DNA of 64,000 bases from the NCBI GenBank assembly GCA_964468805.1, contig CAYXWM010000003.1, positions 33,303-97,302 of the forward strand. The letters run 5' to 3'. The position numbers and the translations under genes were made by a program. Positions 47,548 to 56,896 of the stretch are shown one piece after another (the stretch's first letter is position 1; every line of letters begins with the position of its first letter). The DNA is from an uncultured Defluviitaleaceae bacterium. Lineage in GTDB: Bacteria > Bacillota > Clostridia > Lachnospirales > WRBF01. Under the pieces are notes generated by a model. The model had not been told where the DNA came from and ran no database searches. It saw only the letters and a list, made by a program, of their open reading frames with translations.

Positions 47548-49416
47548 CTATAAAAAAACCGAAAGAATTTTTGATATATAGTTAAGCATAGCTATTTCCT
47601 CACCCAGCCAAACCCTATAATCATTGCATTTGTCAAAACCGATAAAGCCTCTCATCTCACCTTTCTTATAAAAGGCACAGTGAATTACCGAATTGATATT
47701 TTGTTCTCTGAAAAATTCATAAGTTTTCTCATCCAAATCCGCAATGTCGTTGCAATAAAATATACCGTCTTGATTATAATGGCTGAACATAAAACCCATT
47801 TTATCAAGGGGTAAATTTTGGGTAAAATTCGCTTGTGACATAACACCTTCGGCACACCATTCGTAAGTTTTGCTGATATATTTGCCGTCTTCCGAATGTT
47901 CAAAAATATAGCAACGGTCAACATCGAATCGTCTGCCTATAATGCTGACCACCTTGTTTAAGGTGGTGTACATATCCTTTGTTTCGTAAAGCATTTCGAA
48001 AATATTGTAAATCGGGTCATCTGCATAATAACTGGCGACAAAACGGGCGGCATCTTCCAAAGGTGTTTTGTTACTCATTACGCATTCTTTTATAGTGTCA
48101 CTGTAAACAGTGTAGCAATCTTTTCCGCGTTTTTTAGAATTATACAAGGCTGAATCCGCAAGAGGGTAAAGCTCATTAAAAGATGTTCCGTGATCCGGGC
48201 AAACAGCTATTCCTATACTTGCGGAAATTTTGTATTCGTTTTTATCACCGGAAAAAGTATGCCGGAATGCGTCTGTTAAGGAATCTGCCTTGTCCTTAAT
48301 AACCGATTCTGCACTAATGTCTTGCATGAGTACAACAAATTCATCTCCGCCGAGCCTTCCTATTATATCGTCTTTTCTGAATATACCTTTAATTTTTTGA
48401 GCTATGTCTTTAAGAACACTGTCGCCGAATTGGTGACCCAAAGTGTCGTTAACACGCTTAAAATTGTCTATATCTATAATAAATAATGCAGACTTGGTTT
48501 TATGTGTGTGTTCCGAAAGATATTTTTCTATCCTTTCTTCAGCTTCTTCTTTGTTTAACAGTTTGGTGAGAGGGTCCAACTCGGCCTTTTTGGTTAAATT
48601 GGCTATACGTTCTTTTTGCTTGGTTATATCCGTAAGTTTTCCGATAATTCTGTAAGGAACTCCCAAGGAATTAACCTGCACATTGTAGTTTACGGAATAC
48701 CAAACAGTATCTCCGTTTGGCTGAATGAGTTTTATTTCTCTGCCGTTATATGAAGCCAGATCTTCATATTTATTACCATAAACCAAATTTGTAAATACAT
48801 CAAGGCTTTCTTCCGAAACTATACCGCTGTCTATGATAGATTTAGGATAATCTTCTATAATTTCGGGGATATTAAATCTTTGTGTAAAATTTGAAGTATA
48901 TTTAATTTTTGATGATTTAATGTCATAATCAAAGAAAACATCATTGGTTAAGTTAAAAATCAGATTATTGTATTCTTGTTCATGTTTAAGTTGTTCCATC
49001 AAAAGAAGATGTTCGGTTATATCAACGATAAGAATATATATTTTGACAGAGCCGTCAACCATTTTGCAACATCTTCCGCTGAAATGCACCCAGATGTAGC
49101 CATGAGTTTTATTGATCAGTTTCGCTTTTATAATAAAAGAGTCACCTTTTGATGTTTGTTCGAAAAAGGATTCGATTGCATCATCCTTGTCCTCGGGATG
49201 AAGGGTTAAAATACCCTTGTTTTGGTACAATTCATTAATTTCCTCCGGTGTATATCCAACCAGTTCATAATAACCCTTATTTGCATACGTCATGGTAAAA
49301 TCAGGGTCTGCATCAGCGATAACAATTCCGCCGGGTAAACAGGAATAAATAACATCCAGCTCTTTGACTCGGTTTAATAATTCATCGTAAGAAAGTTTAT
49401 TATAGTCTGTATTCAT
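47548..49416 (-). CDS. PAS-PAS-GGDEF-GAF diguanylate cyclase
   Basis: Intact GGDEF (RLGGDEFVV) with an RKDD I-site five residues upstream. N-terminal PAS repeats and a C-terminal GAF-like domain. Start at the ATG after GGCGGGTGA. Confidence 0.8.
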   Translation of the reverse strand: MNTDYNKLSYDELLNRVKELDVIYSCLPGGIVIADADPDFTMTYANKGYYELVGYTPEEINELYQNKGILTLHPEDKDDAIESFFEQTSKGDSFIIKAKLINKTHGYIWVHFSGRCCKMVDGSVKIYILIVDITEHLLLMEQLKHEQEYNNLIFNLTNDVFFDYDIKSSKIKYTSNFTQRFNIPEIIEDYPKSIIDSGIVSEESLDVFTNLVYGNKYEDLASYNGREIKLIQPNGDTVWYSVNYNVQVNSLGVPYRIIGKLTDITKQKERIANLTKKAELDPLTKLLNKEEAEERIEKYLSEHTHKTKSALFIIDIDNFKRVNDTLGHQFGDSVLKDIAQKIKGIFRKDDIIGRLGGDEFVVLMQDISAESVIKDKADSLTDAFRHTFSGDKNEYKISASIGIAVCPDHGTSFNELYPLADSALYNSKKRGKDCYTVYSDTIKECVMSNKTPLEDAARFVASYYADDPIYNIFEMLYETKDMYTTLNKVVSIIGRRFDVDRCYIFEHSEDGKYISKTYEWCAEGVMSQANFTQNLPLDKMGFMFSHYNQDGIFYCNDIADLDEKTYEFFREQNINSVIHCAFYKKGEMRGFIGFDKCNDYRVWLGEEIAMLNYISKILSVFL

Positions 49417-49660
49417 AAATTCACCCGCCTTTGTTAAACCGCTAAATTTAATGTAAAATTTCCCGCAGGGCTCCTTGGAGTTTGTTTTAAAATTCTGTGC
49501 ATTTTGAAGATTCCGCAAAGCAGTGAACCCGGTCCAAACATAAACTCTTGTACTATATGACGTGGTTTACTTGATCTGCATGAACATCCGAAAAATGTCC
49601 TCAAACGTTTTTTAAACAAACCCCTGCAAACGCTGAATATTAATGCTATCAGAAAGTCTG

Positions 49661-52459
49661 TTATTGCGGTTTAAAACTAAATCGACAAATATTAGAGCCG
49701 GAACCTTTGCATTCAGTTTCTACAACGGAATAGTTCTTTTTGGTATATTCATATAATATTCCGGAAATGAAACCTTCTTCATAACTGCAAAGATTTTTTC
49801 CACCTAATCCACAGGTACAATTCAAATAATCGCCCACCGAAATTAACCCTATGTCTGTATCTTTGTCGTACCTTTCTATATTTAAAATACCAAGTTTTGC
49901 TTCTCTGAGTTTTTCGGATAACTCTTTTAAAAATTCGTCAAAGGGCAAACCCGGTATAATGTTTTGCTGAACGAAAGCCCGACCGGCCATCTTACCGCAA
50001 TCTCTGAAAACAGCGGTCATCTCTCCGATTCCGTATTTATCAATGAGAACTTCCGTTAAAGTAATTTGGAACAGTCGATGAACGTAAATCGGTATTTCGG
50101 TAAATGATTTTTTCTGGGTTTTTTTTAAGTCTATAAGTCCCGAAAAATCGGGCTCGTCTTCCGGCTCATTGGACATGGGCGTAAAAAGGGAACTTCTCTC
50201 AACAAAATCATCAGCCGGTACAGGTCTGGCGTAATAATATCCCTGAACAATGTCGCAACCCACCTCTCGTAGGAAGTCAATATGTTCTTGAGTTTCCACG
50301 CCTTCCGCAACCGTGTGTATACCCAGCTCTTTAGCCATTTTCATAACATTGGCAATAACGGTTTTGGTTCTGGTTTTATATTTACTGCCCATAAAGAACC
50401 CTCTGTCTATTTTTATAACGTCCACAGGCAAATTCTTCAGTAAACCCAAAGAGGAATAACCTGTACCGAAATCGTCCATAGAAAGAGTAAAGCCGGCATT
50501 ATGAAGCCGATATATAATGTTTTCCAGTACTTCTTCGTTTTTAAATATTGTGGATTCCGTAAGCTCTATTTCAATATATTTTTTAGGTACGCCGTAGCGT
50601 TGTGCAATAGCTTCTATTTCCTCAACAAAGTTTTCGTTTTGCAAATGCAGTCTGGAGAAGTTAACGGAGACGGTTACTATGGGTAGGTCGTTATCCATCC
50701 ATTCCCTAATAATTTGACAGACTTTTTCCAGCATGTACATATCCAGCTTGGTGATAAACCCGTTCTTTTCGAATAGGGGTATAAATTTACCGGGAGAGAT
50801 AATGCTTCCGTCATCTTGCTTCCAGCGAACCAAGGCCTCCGCACCCACAACAGTATCGCTCTTTAATAGATATTTTGGCTGTAAGTAAACTTTAAATTCA
50901 TTATTTTTTAAAGCGGACTCCATTCTGTCCTCAAGTTTGGTTTCTTCTATTACTCTGGTTTTGAATTCGTCGTTATATTCGCAGATTACGGAATTCTTCT
51001 GATTTTTTGCTATGCTGTGTGCAAGGTCTACTTTTTGCAAAATGTCGTTAATATCGTTTTCGCCGGGTTCGGTAAAATAAACCCCGTATCTGAATTCCAA
51101 ACGATGATTGCCCAGGGTTCCGTTTATCATTGCAAAACGGGTCTCGAATTTTTCTTGGAAGTCTTCGGTGTAATCTTCAGTATCCAAAGAGTCAAAGACC
51201 ACGAATTTATCGGCACCTATTCTGGCAAAGGTAAAGTTTTTGCCGGCAGAGATTTCCGTTAACGCCTTGGCTATGTTTGTAATTACTTCATCACCAATGG
51301 CAAAGTCAAAAAGTTCGTTAATCACTTTAAAATGCCTTATATCCAGTGTAATTGCTATATGTTTTTTGTCGGGATTGTTTTTGGTTATTTTTAAAGCATC
51401 TATTTTAAATTTTGCCCTGTTGGGAACTCCTGTCAATTCATCGAAATACGCAGTTTTAAATAAGTTGTCGGAATGCTTTTTATGGGTTGCAACAAGATAA
51501 ACTATTAAAATCAAAAACATTAAAATGATACCGGTTGTTAAAAGCATGGCATTTGCCAGTATTTCATTTGAGCTTTTGGATATAACATCATCAGCCACAA
51601 TTGTAGCTATAATCCAGTCATTTACTCCCAAAGGAGCATAATGCATAAGTTGCACTTGACCGTTCAGTTCGAATACGGATTGACCGCTTTGGCCCATCTT
51701 TAACTTGCGAATAATTTCTTCTTCCGAATCGTTTTTAAGATACTTTATATCGTCTTTATTATAATTATCTTCATTTACTTTGTTAGCTGACGTTTGAGCT
51801 ATAATATTTCCTTCCAAATTACAAATAATTGCATATCCCATACCGCTAAATGAGCTTAAAAATAACTTGTCAAGTTCTTCGGTTTTATAAGTACCGAAAA
51901 GTACAGCTACGGTTTCGTCATAGTACTTAACCGGTGTTGAGAATACAACTATATTGCTGCCGTCAACTTTCGATTTTCTGGTATTTGAAAGAAAAGTCTC
52001 ACCGCTAAGGGCTTTTTTAAAGTAATCTTCTTGGGAAACATTGAGTTTGGCGTCATCGTTGCGAATGGCGTTTCCTTCCAAATCGGAAATTAACAAATGG
52101 CTAAAACCGCTGTTTACGGTTGCGTGCTTCAGAGCTTTCAGAATTGATTCGTTGTCTTCCTGTAATCCGGGATGTTGCTCGGTCATTGCGGTTATAAGAC
52201 CGGACAGGGTTTTAATTACGGCTACTTCGCCCTGAATTTTAGAAAGAAAGCTGTATTTTTGCTGCTGCATTATTTCTTCGAGAGTGTTGTTTGTTGTTTT
52301 GGATAGGTTCAGGTTCAGAGAGCTGTTATAAATGGAAAGCCCCCAAGCAACAACTGTCAACATAATTAAAAAAATTACCAGAAAATTGACTGTTTTCCAT
52401 CTTTTTGACAACTTTTTTCGCACCTTCCATCGTTTAGGCATTTTCAATTTTTTATTCAT
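49661..52459 (-). CDS. Cache sensor / degenerate GGDEF / EAL phosphodiesterase / C-terminal V4R-like domain protein
   Basis: 932 aa. TM-Cache-TM. The GGDEF site is degenerate (RIGADKFVV). The EAL domain is intact (GAEALVRW, ELTES, DDFGTGYSS, KIDRGF, QGYYYARP). The C-terminal ~165 aa end in ETECKGSGSNICRFSF. Confidence 0.8.
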   Translation of the reverse strand: MNKKLKMPKRWKVRKKLSKRWKTVNFLVIFLIMLTVVAWGLSIYNSSLNLNLSKTTNNTLEEIMQQQKYSFLSKIQGEVAVIKTLSGLITAMTEQHPGLQEDNESILKALKHATVNSGFSHLLISDLEGNAIRNDDAKLNVSQEDYFKKALSGETFLSNTRKSKVDGSNIVVFSTPVKYYDETVAVLFGTYKTEELDKLFLSSFSGMGYAIICNLEGNIIAQTSANKVNEDNYNKDDIKYLKNDSEEEIIRKLKMGQSGQSVFELNGQVQLMHYAPLGVNDWIIATIVADDVISKSSNEILANAMLLTTGIILMFLILIVYLVATHKKHSDNLFKTAYFDELTGVPNRAKFKIDALKITKNNPDKKHIAITLDIRHFKVINELFDFAIGDEVITNIAKALTEISAGKNFTFARIGADKFVVFDSLDTEDYTEDFQEKFETRFAMINGTLGNHRLEFRYGVYFTEPGENDINDILQKVDLAHSIAKNQKNSVICEYNDEFKTRVIEETKLEDRMESALKNNEFKVYLQPKYLLKSDTVVGAEALVRWKQDDGSIISPGKFIPLFEKNGFITKLDMYMLEKVCQIIREWMDNDLPIVTVSVNFSRLHLQNENFVEEIEAIAQRYGVPKKYIEIELTESTIFKNEEVLENIIYRLHNAGFTLSMDDFGTGYSSLGLLKNLPVDVIKIDRGFFMGSKYKTRTKTVIANVMKMAKELGIHTVAEGVETQEHIDFLREVGCDIVQGYYYARPVPADDFVERSSLFTPMSNEPEDEPDFSGLIDLKKTQKKSFTEIPIYVHRLFQITLTEVLIDKYGIGEMTAVFRDCGKMAGRAFVQQNIIPGLPFDEFLKELSEKLREAKLGILNIERYDKDTDIGLISVGDYLNCTCGLGGKNLCSYEEGFISGILYEYTKKNYSVVETECKGSGSNICRFSFKPQ

Positions 52460-52904
52460 AGATTCCTCTGTACGCTTAGAATGTGTTAGTTATATGTAAT
52501 TCATTGGGTTGTGTTAAAACTTTACAATAAAAATCCGGGGAACACTCTCCGGTTTATTTTAAAATACGGAAATTTATTTAAAAGTTGATTGACTATAATA
52601 TTTATCGGTAAAAAATGATTATTATTAAAGTGTTAAACCAAAATAAAACCCGGATTTTTAATGTTCTGTGGGGTTTTATATCATTGTAATAAATAATAGC
52701 ATAAAGATGATAAAATTAAAAGGAGATTTTACTGATTATTGTAAACAATAATACCGAGCTGTGGTTTTATAAATCTTATCAATAAATCTTACTTGTTGCT
52801 CTTATTCTTGTTTGGTTATATAATAGACTTTCTTCGAAACCGTAACCGTACAGGTTCGATATATATAATAAAATTTTTTTAATAGAATCTTTCAGAGGTG
52901 TTTA

Positions 52905-54266
52905 GTGATAAATTTACAGGAATTATACACAGTGGAAATTACCGACATGACCGCAGAGGGTGCCGGGGTCGGAAAAACCGACGGATTTACATTGTTTGTA
53001 AAAGACGGTGTTATTGGTGATAAATTATCGGTTAAAATCGATAAGCTAAAGAAAAATTATGCTTTTGCAAGCATTGCGGAAATCTTGGAAGCCTCTCCTC
53101 TTCGCCTTGAGCCAAAATGCAACCATTTCGGACAATGCGGCGGTTGTACCCTGCAACATATGGAATATTCCGAGCAAACTAAGATAAAACATAAAAAAGT
53201 CATAGAAAATTTGCGACGTATAGGCGGAATAAATGCTGATTATGATAATCTAAAAATGATACCGGCTCAACAAACATTTAATTACAGAAACAACGCCCAA
53301 TTCGTTATCGGAAAAGAAGGCGGAGTGGGAATACTGGGATTTTACCAACGTAATTCTCATGATTTGCAAAAAATAGAAAATTGCGATTTAGTGCATGAAT
53401 CCCACAGGGAAATTTTTGCAATACTGAGCAACTTTATTAAAGAAACCGGAATTTCCGTTTATGACGGTAAAACAGGTAAGGGCTTATTGCGTCATGCCAT
53501 ATATAGAATAGGCTTTAAGACCGGTGAAAAAATGCTTTGTTTGGTAATTAACGGCGATGAGCTGCCCAACTCCAAAAACTTAATAAAAAAACTCAGCCAA
53601 GCAGAAGGCTTTACCAATTTAAGCATAAATATAAACAAAGCCAAAAGCTCCGTAATAATGGGCAAAGAAACTAAAACCCTTTGGGGCAGCGATTGTATTA
53701 CCGATTATTTGGGTAACTACAAATTTGAAATTTCACCCAATTCTTTTTTTCAAATCAATCCGGTTCAGACGGAAGTTCTTTATGACAAAATTGTTGAACT
53801 TGCCGATTTTTCACCGGCTGATACGGTTGCGGATTTATATTGCGGTATAGGATCCATATCTTTGTACATTTCCCAATATGTCAGCATGGTATACGGAATA
53901 GAAATTTCTCCGGATGCAGTAAAAAATGCCAAAAGAAACGCAGAAATGAACGATGTGGGAAATACGGAATTTACAGAAGGCTCCGCCGAAGGCAAGTTTT
54001 CCGCTCTGAAAGAGCTTAAACCAAATATAATTATTTTGGACCCGCCGAGAAAGGGCTGCAATTCACAATTATTGGAACAAATTATAAATTCGCCGGCAGA
54101 GAAAATAATCTATGTTTCATGTGACCCGGCTACGCTTGCAAGAGATTTAAAATATTTAACCGAAAAAGGTTTTGAATTTGTGCGAGGTTATGCTATAGAT
54201 TGCTTTTGCATGACTATGCATACAGAAACTGTGGTCTTAATGACTAAGAAGCATATGTTCTCTTAG
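52905..54266 (+). CDS. rlmD: 23S rRNA (uracil-5-)-methyltransferase RlmD/RumA family
   Basis: GTG start after AGAGGTG. TRAM domain, Fe-S cysteines CNHFGQCGGCTLQH, SAM fold DLYCGIGS and DPPRKG. Confidence 0.85.
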   Translation: MINLQELYTVEITDMTAEGAGVGKTDGFTLFVKDGVIGDKLSVKIDKLKKNYAFASIAEILEASPLRLEPKCNHFGQCGGCTLQHMEYSEQTKIKHKKVIENLRRIGGINADYDNLKMIPAQQTFNYRNNAQFVIGKEGGVGILGFYQRNSHDLQKIENCDLVHESHREIFAILSNFIKETGISVYDGKTGKGLLRHAIYRIGFKTGEKMLCLVINGDELPNSKNLIKKLSQAEGFTNLSININKAKSSVIMGKETKTLWGSDCITDYLGNYKFEISPNSFFQINPVQTEVLYDKIVELADFSPADTVADLYCGIGSISLYISQYVSMVYGIEISPDAVKNAKRNAEMNDVGNTEFTEGSAEGKFSALKELKPNIIILDPPRKGCNSQLLEQIINSPAEKIIYVSCDPATLARDLKYLTEKGFEFVRGYAIDCFCMTMHTETVVLMTKKHMFS

Positions 54267-54463
54267 GCGAAAGTATTAAAATACTCTCCTTAAAAGCCTT
54301 TAAATTGGGGGATTTTAACAAAAGCATTTCCGGAAGAATGCCAAGGATATTTTGTTATCTCCTATTTACATTTCTCCGATAATAGTTTATTATTGTTTGA
54401 AATAAAGCAAATAAACGACAATATATGAGACTAAAATTTGACAGAAAGCTGGAGCTAGATAAC

Positions 54464-56347
54464 ATGAAGAATATTTTAAAACACATGACTTTAAGCGAAG
54501 GACTAAAAAATCTGTTAGAATGTCAACAAACTTTAATTATTCCTAAAGACAGAGAAGAATTGCTTGAGTTGGCACTGGGGGAAAAAGGTAATAAAACGTT
54601 TCAAGTGACTTATGAAGTTGAAGGCAAGGGAGAAGTACTTGAGGCGGAAGTAGTAAAATGTAAAAACGGTATTTCGGTTAATTATCAAGATATGTATATG
54701 AGAAGACGTGACCCTGATTGCATGGTTATAGGCGATAATCTTCCAACCGATAAACCGCAATACGAAAAGCTCTACGGCGAAAGTTTCGAAAATGTAAAAG
54801 ATAAAACTTTCGAGTGGCTTAAAAATCAAGAATTGATGCTGGTACCTTTTATGGCGGGCGGTCATGAATTTGGCTATGAAGCTTTGCTTGTGGCACCGAG
54901 CAATGCCGGATTTTTTGCAGCGGCAGTAGGTGATTTGCAAGGATTTATAGGAAGAGACGAAATCAGAGAAGGGTTTACACCCAAAGCTATTGTTTATTTG
55001 GCACCACCTTTCAGACATACTCACTTTAACGGCAGACAAGTGGTGGTACACAACAGAACAGAATCTGTACATGAAATTTTTTCCTATAATCTTTATCCCG
55101 GACCAAGTGCAAAAAAAGGCATTTACAGTGTTCTTTTGGACATAGGCGAAAAAGAAAACTGGTTAACTCTTCACGCATCAACAGTTAAAGTAATTACCCC
55201 ATACGATAATGAATTGGTTATTATGCATGAGGGTGCCAGCGGCGGCGGTAAAAGTGAAATGGCTGAGTATATTCATAAAGATGAATCGGGCCATATTTTA
55301 CTTGCAAGAAATACCGTAACCGAAGACGAAACATACATAGATCTAACCGCTTTCAGCGAGCTTAGACCTGTAACGGATGATATGGCTATGTGTCCTCCGA
55401 GTATCGTCACAGACGGCAAAAAACTGGTAGTAACCGACGGTGAGCAAGGTTGGTTCTTACGCATGAACCATATTACCGAATACGGCACAGACCCACATTA
55501 TGAAAAAATGTGCATTCATCCCAAAAAACCTTTGATTTTCTTGAATATGGATGCAACCCCGGACAGCACCTGCCTTATCTGGGAGCATACATTGGATGAA
55601 GAAACCGGTAAACCCTGCCCCAACCCTAGGGTAATTATGCCCAGAACCTTTGTACCCGGCGTAGTAAGCGAACCGGTGGAAGTTGATATACGCAGTTTCG
55701 GCGTAAGAACTCCTCTTTGTACAAGTGAAAATCCCACTTACGGTATTTTAGGCTTGTTCCATATTTTACCGCCGGCTCTTGCATGGTTGTGGAGGCTGGT
55801 AGCCCCCAGAGGACATGCAAATCCCAGTATTTTGGACAGCGGTACAGGTATGGTAAGTGAGGGTGTGGGTTCTTATTGGCCCTTTGCAACAGGAAAAAAA
55901 GTTCACCATGCGAACATGCTTCTTGAACAAATTTTAAATACTCCCAATACACGTTATATTATTATCCCCAATCAAAACATCGGTGCATACGAAGTAGGAT
56001 TTATGTCACAATGGATTGCCAGAGAGTACTTGGCAAGAAGAGGCAGCGTCCGATTCAAACCCGACCAATTGGAAGAATCCAGATGCTCCCTTCTGGGATA
56101 TTCCTTAACAAGGCTTAAAGTAGACGGTATGGATATACCTAAGGTTCTCTTAAAAACATACCGCCAACCCGAAATGGGTAAAGAAGGCTATGATAAAGGA
56201 GCAGAAATCTTAAAAGACTTCTTTAAAAAAGAGCTTCAAGACTATTTACAACCCGAATTAAACCCGCTGGGCAGATCAATTATAGAGTGCTGTTTAAATG
56301 ACGGTACTATCGAAGATTATTTAAGTTTTATTCCAATAAAATTATAA
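54464..56347 (+). CDS. uncharacterised P-loop protein (possibly DUF4914 / PEP-carboxykinase-like superfamily)
   Basis: 627 aa from the ATG 9 nt after GGAG. The only recognisable motif is the Walker-A-like HEGASGGGKSEM. Family name recalled, not verified. Confidence 0.6.
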   Translation: MKNILKHMTLSEGLKNLLECQQTLIIPKDREELLELALGEKGNKTFQVTYEVEGKGEVLEAEVVKCKNGISVNYQDMYMRRRDPDCMVIGDNLPTDKPQYEKLYGESFENVKDKTFEWLKNQELMLVPFMAGGHEFGYEALLVAPSNAGFFAAAVGDLQGFIGRDEIREGFTPKAIVYLAPPFRHTHFNGRQVVVHNRTESVHEIFSYNLYPGPSAKKGIYSVLLDIGEKENWLTLHASTVKVITPYDNELVIMHEGASGGGKSEMAEYIHKDESGHILLARNTVTEDETYIDLTAFSELRPVTDDMAMCPPSIVTDGKKLVVTDGEQGWFLRMNHITEYGTDPHYEKMCIHPKKPLIFLNMDATPDSTCLIWEHTLDEETGKPCPNPRVIMPRTFVPGVVSEPVEVDIRSFGVRTPLCTSENPTYGILGLFHILPPALAWLWRLVAPRGHANPSILDSGTGMVSEGVGSYWPFATGKKVHHANMLLEQILNTPNTRYIIIPNQNIGAYEVGFMSQWIAREYLARRGSVRFKPDQLEESRCSLLGYSLTRLKVDGMDIPKVLLKTYRQPEMGKEGYDKGAEILKDFFKKELQDYLQPELNPLGRSIIECCLNDGTIEDYLSFIPIKL

Positions 56348-56375
56348 TGTCTTTATTTGACTTTAATTTAAAAAG

Positions 56376-56411
56376 AGCAATGTACCCGACAAAGGGACAT
56401 TGCTTTTTTTA
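56376..56411 (+). terminator. intrinsic terminator after the P-loop protein gene
   Basis: GCAATGTACCC / GGGACATTGC stem (one A-A mismatch) followed by T7. Confidence 0.7.
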
Positions 56412-56421
56412 TTTTCATATA

Positions 56422-56556
56422 TACTTAATTATATAAGGTATAGTAACAAAAGCTATTCTTCGTAAACGGTTCGCTCTTGCGTTTTTTATAAAAAAACACC
56501 GGTCGCTCACCACTACGAATTTACGCTTTTGTTACTGCTTAACCGGAAATTAAGTA
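56422..56556. repeat. family-1 MITE-like repeat, copy D (first unit of tandem dimer)
   Basis: 135 bp, TACTTAATT...AATTAAGTA, TA on both sides. The right-hand TA is shared with copy E. Confidence 0.9.
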
Positions 56557-56558
56557 TA

Positions 56559-56693
56559 TACTTAATTATATAAGGAATAGTAACAAAAGCTATTCTTCGT
56601 AAACGGTTCGCTCTTGCGTTTTTATGAAAAAAACACCGGTCGCTCACCACTACGAATTTACGCTTTTGTTACTGCTTAACTCTAAATCAAGTA
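56559..56693. repeat. family-1 MITE-like repeat, copy E (second unit of tandem dimer)
   Basis: 135 bp, nearly identical to copy D and in the same orientation. Right terminus AATCAAGTA followed by TA. Confidence 0.9.
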
Positions 56694-56720
56694 TAAAAGT
56701 ATATTAACCGGTTTGTATTA

Positions 56721-56816
56721 TACTAATTCCAAATAAGATGAAGGACAAAAATAATCGTTTTTTCCTTGAACCGTTGAAAAAAATCAACTATCTTGTCCTC
56801 TGTTTAAAACGGAATC
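56721..56816. repeat. family-2 palindromic repeat, full-length copy (inverted relative to 31783)
   Basis: Its reverse complement aligns with 31783-31873 over the whole length, with a small internal indel. Confidence 0.8.
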
Positions 56817-56825
56817 ATTATATGT

Positions 56826-56852
56826 TAACTGAACATTAAAGTTAACCGATAT
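56826..56852 (+). promoter_or_regulatory. sigma-D (sigma-28)-like promoter upstream of the flagellin gene
   Basis: TAAC, 15-nt spacer, ACCGATAT, versus the consensus TAAA-N15-GCCGATAA. About 45 nt upstream of the start. Confidence 0.45.
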
Positions 56853-56896
56853 AAATTTATACTATGCTCTTACTTTTTTAAGGATGTGATGAGATA

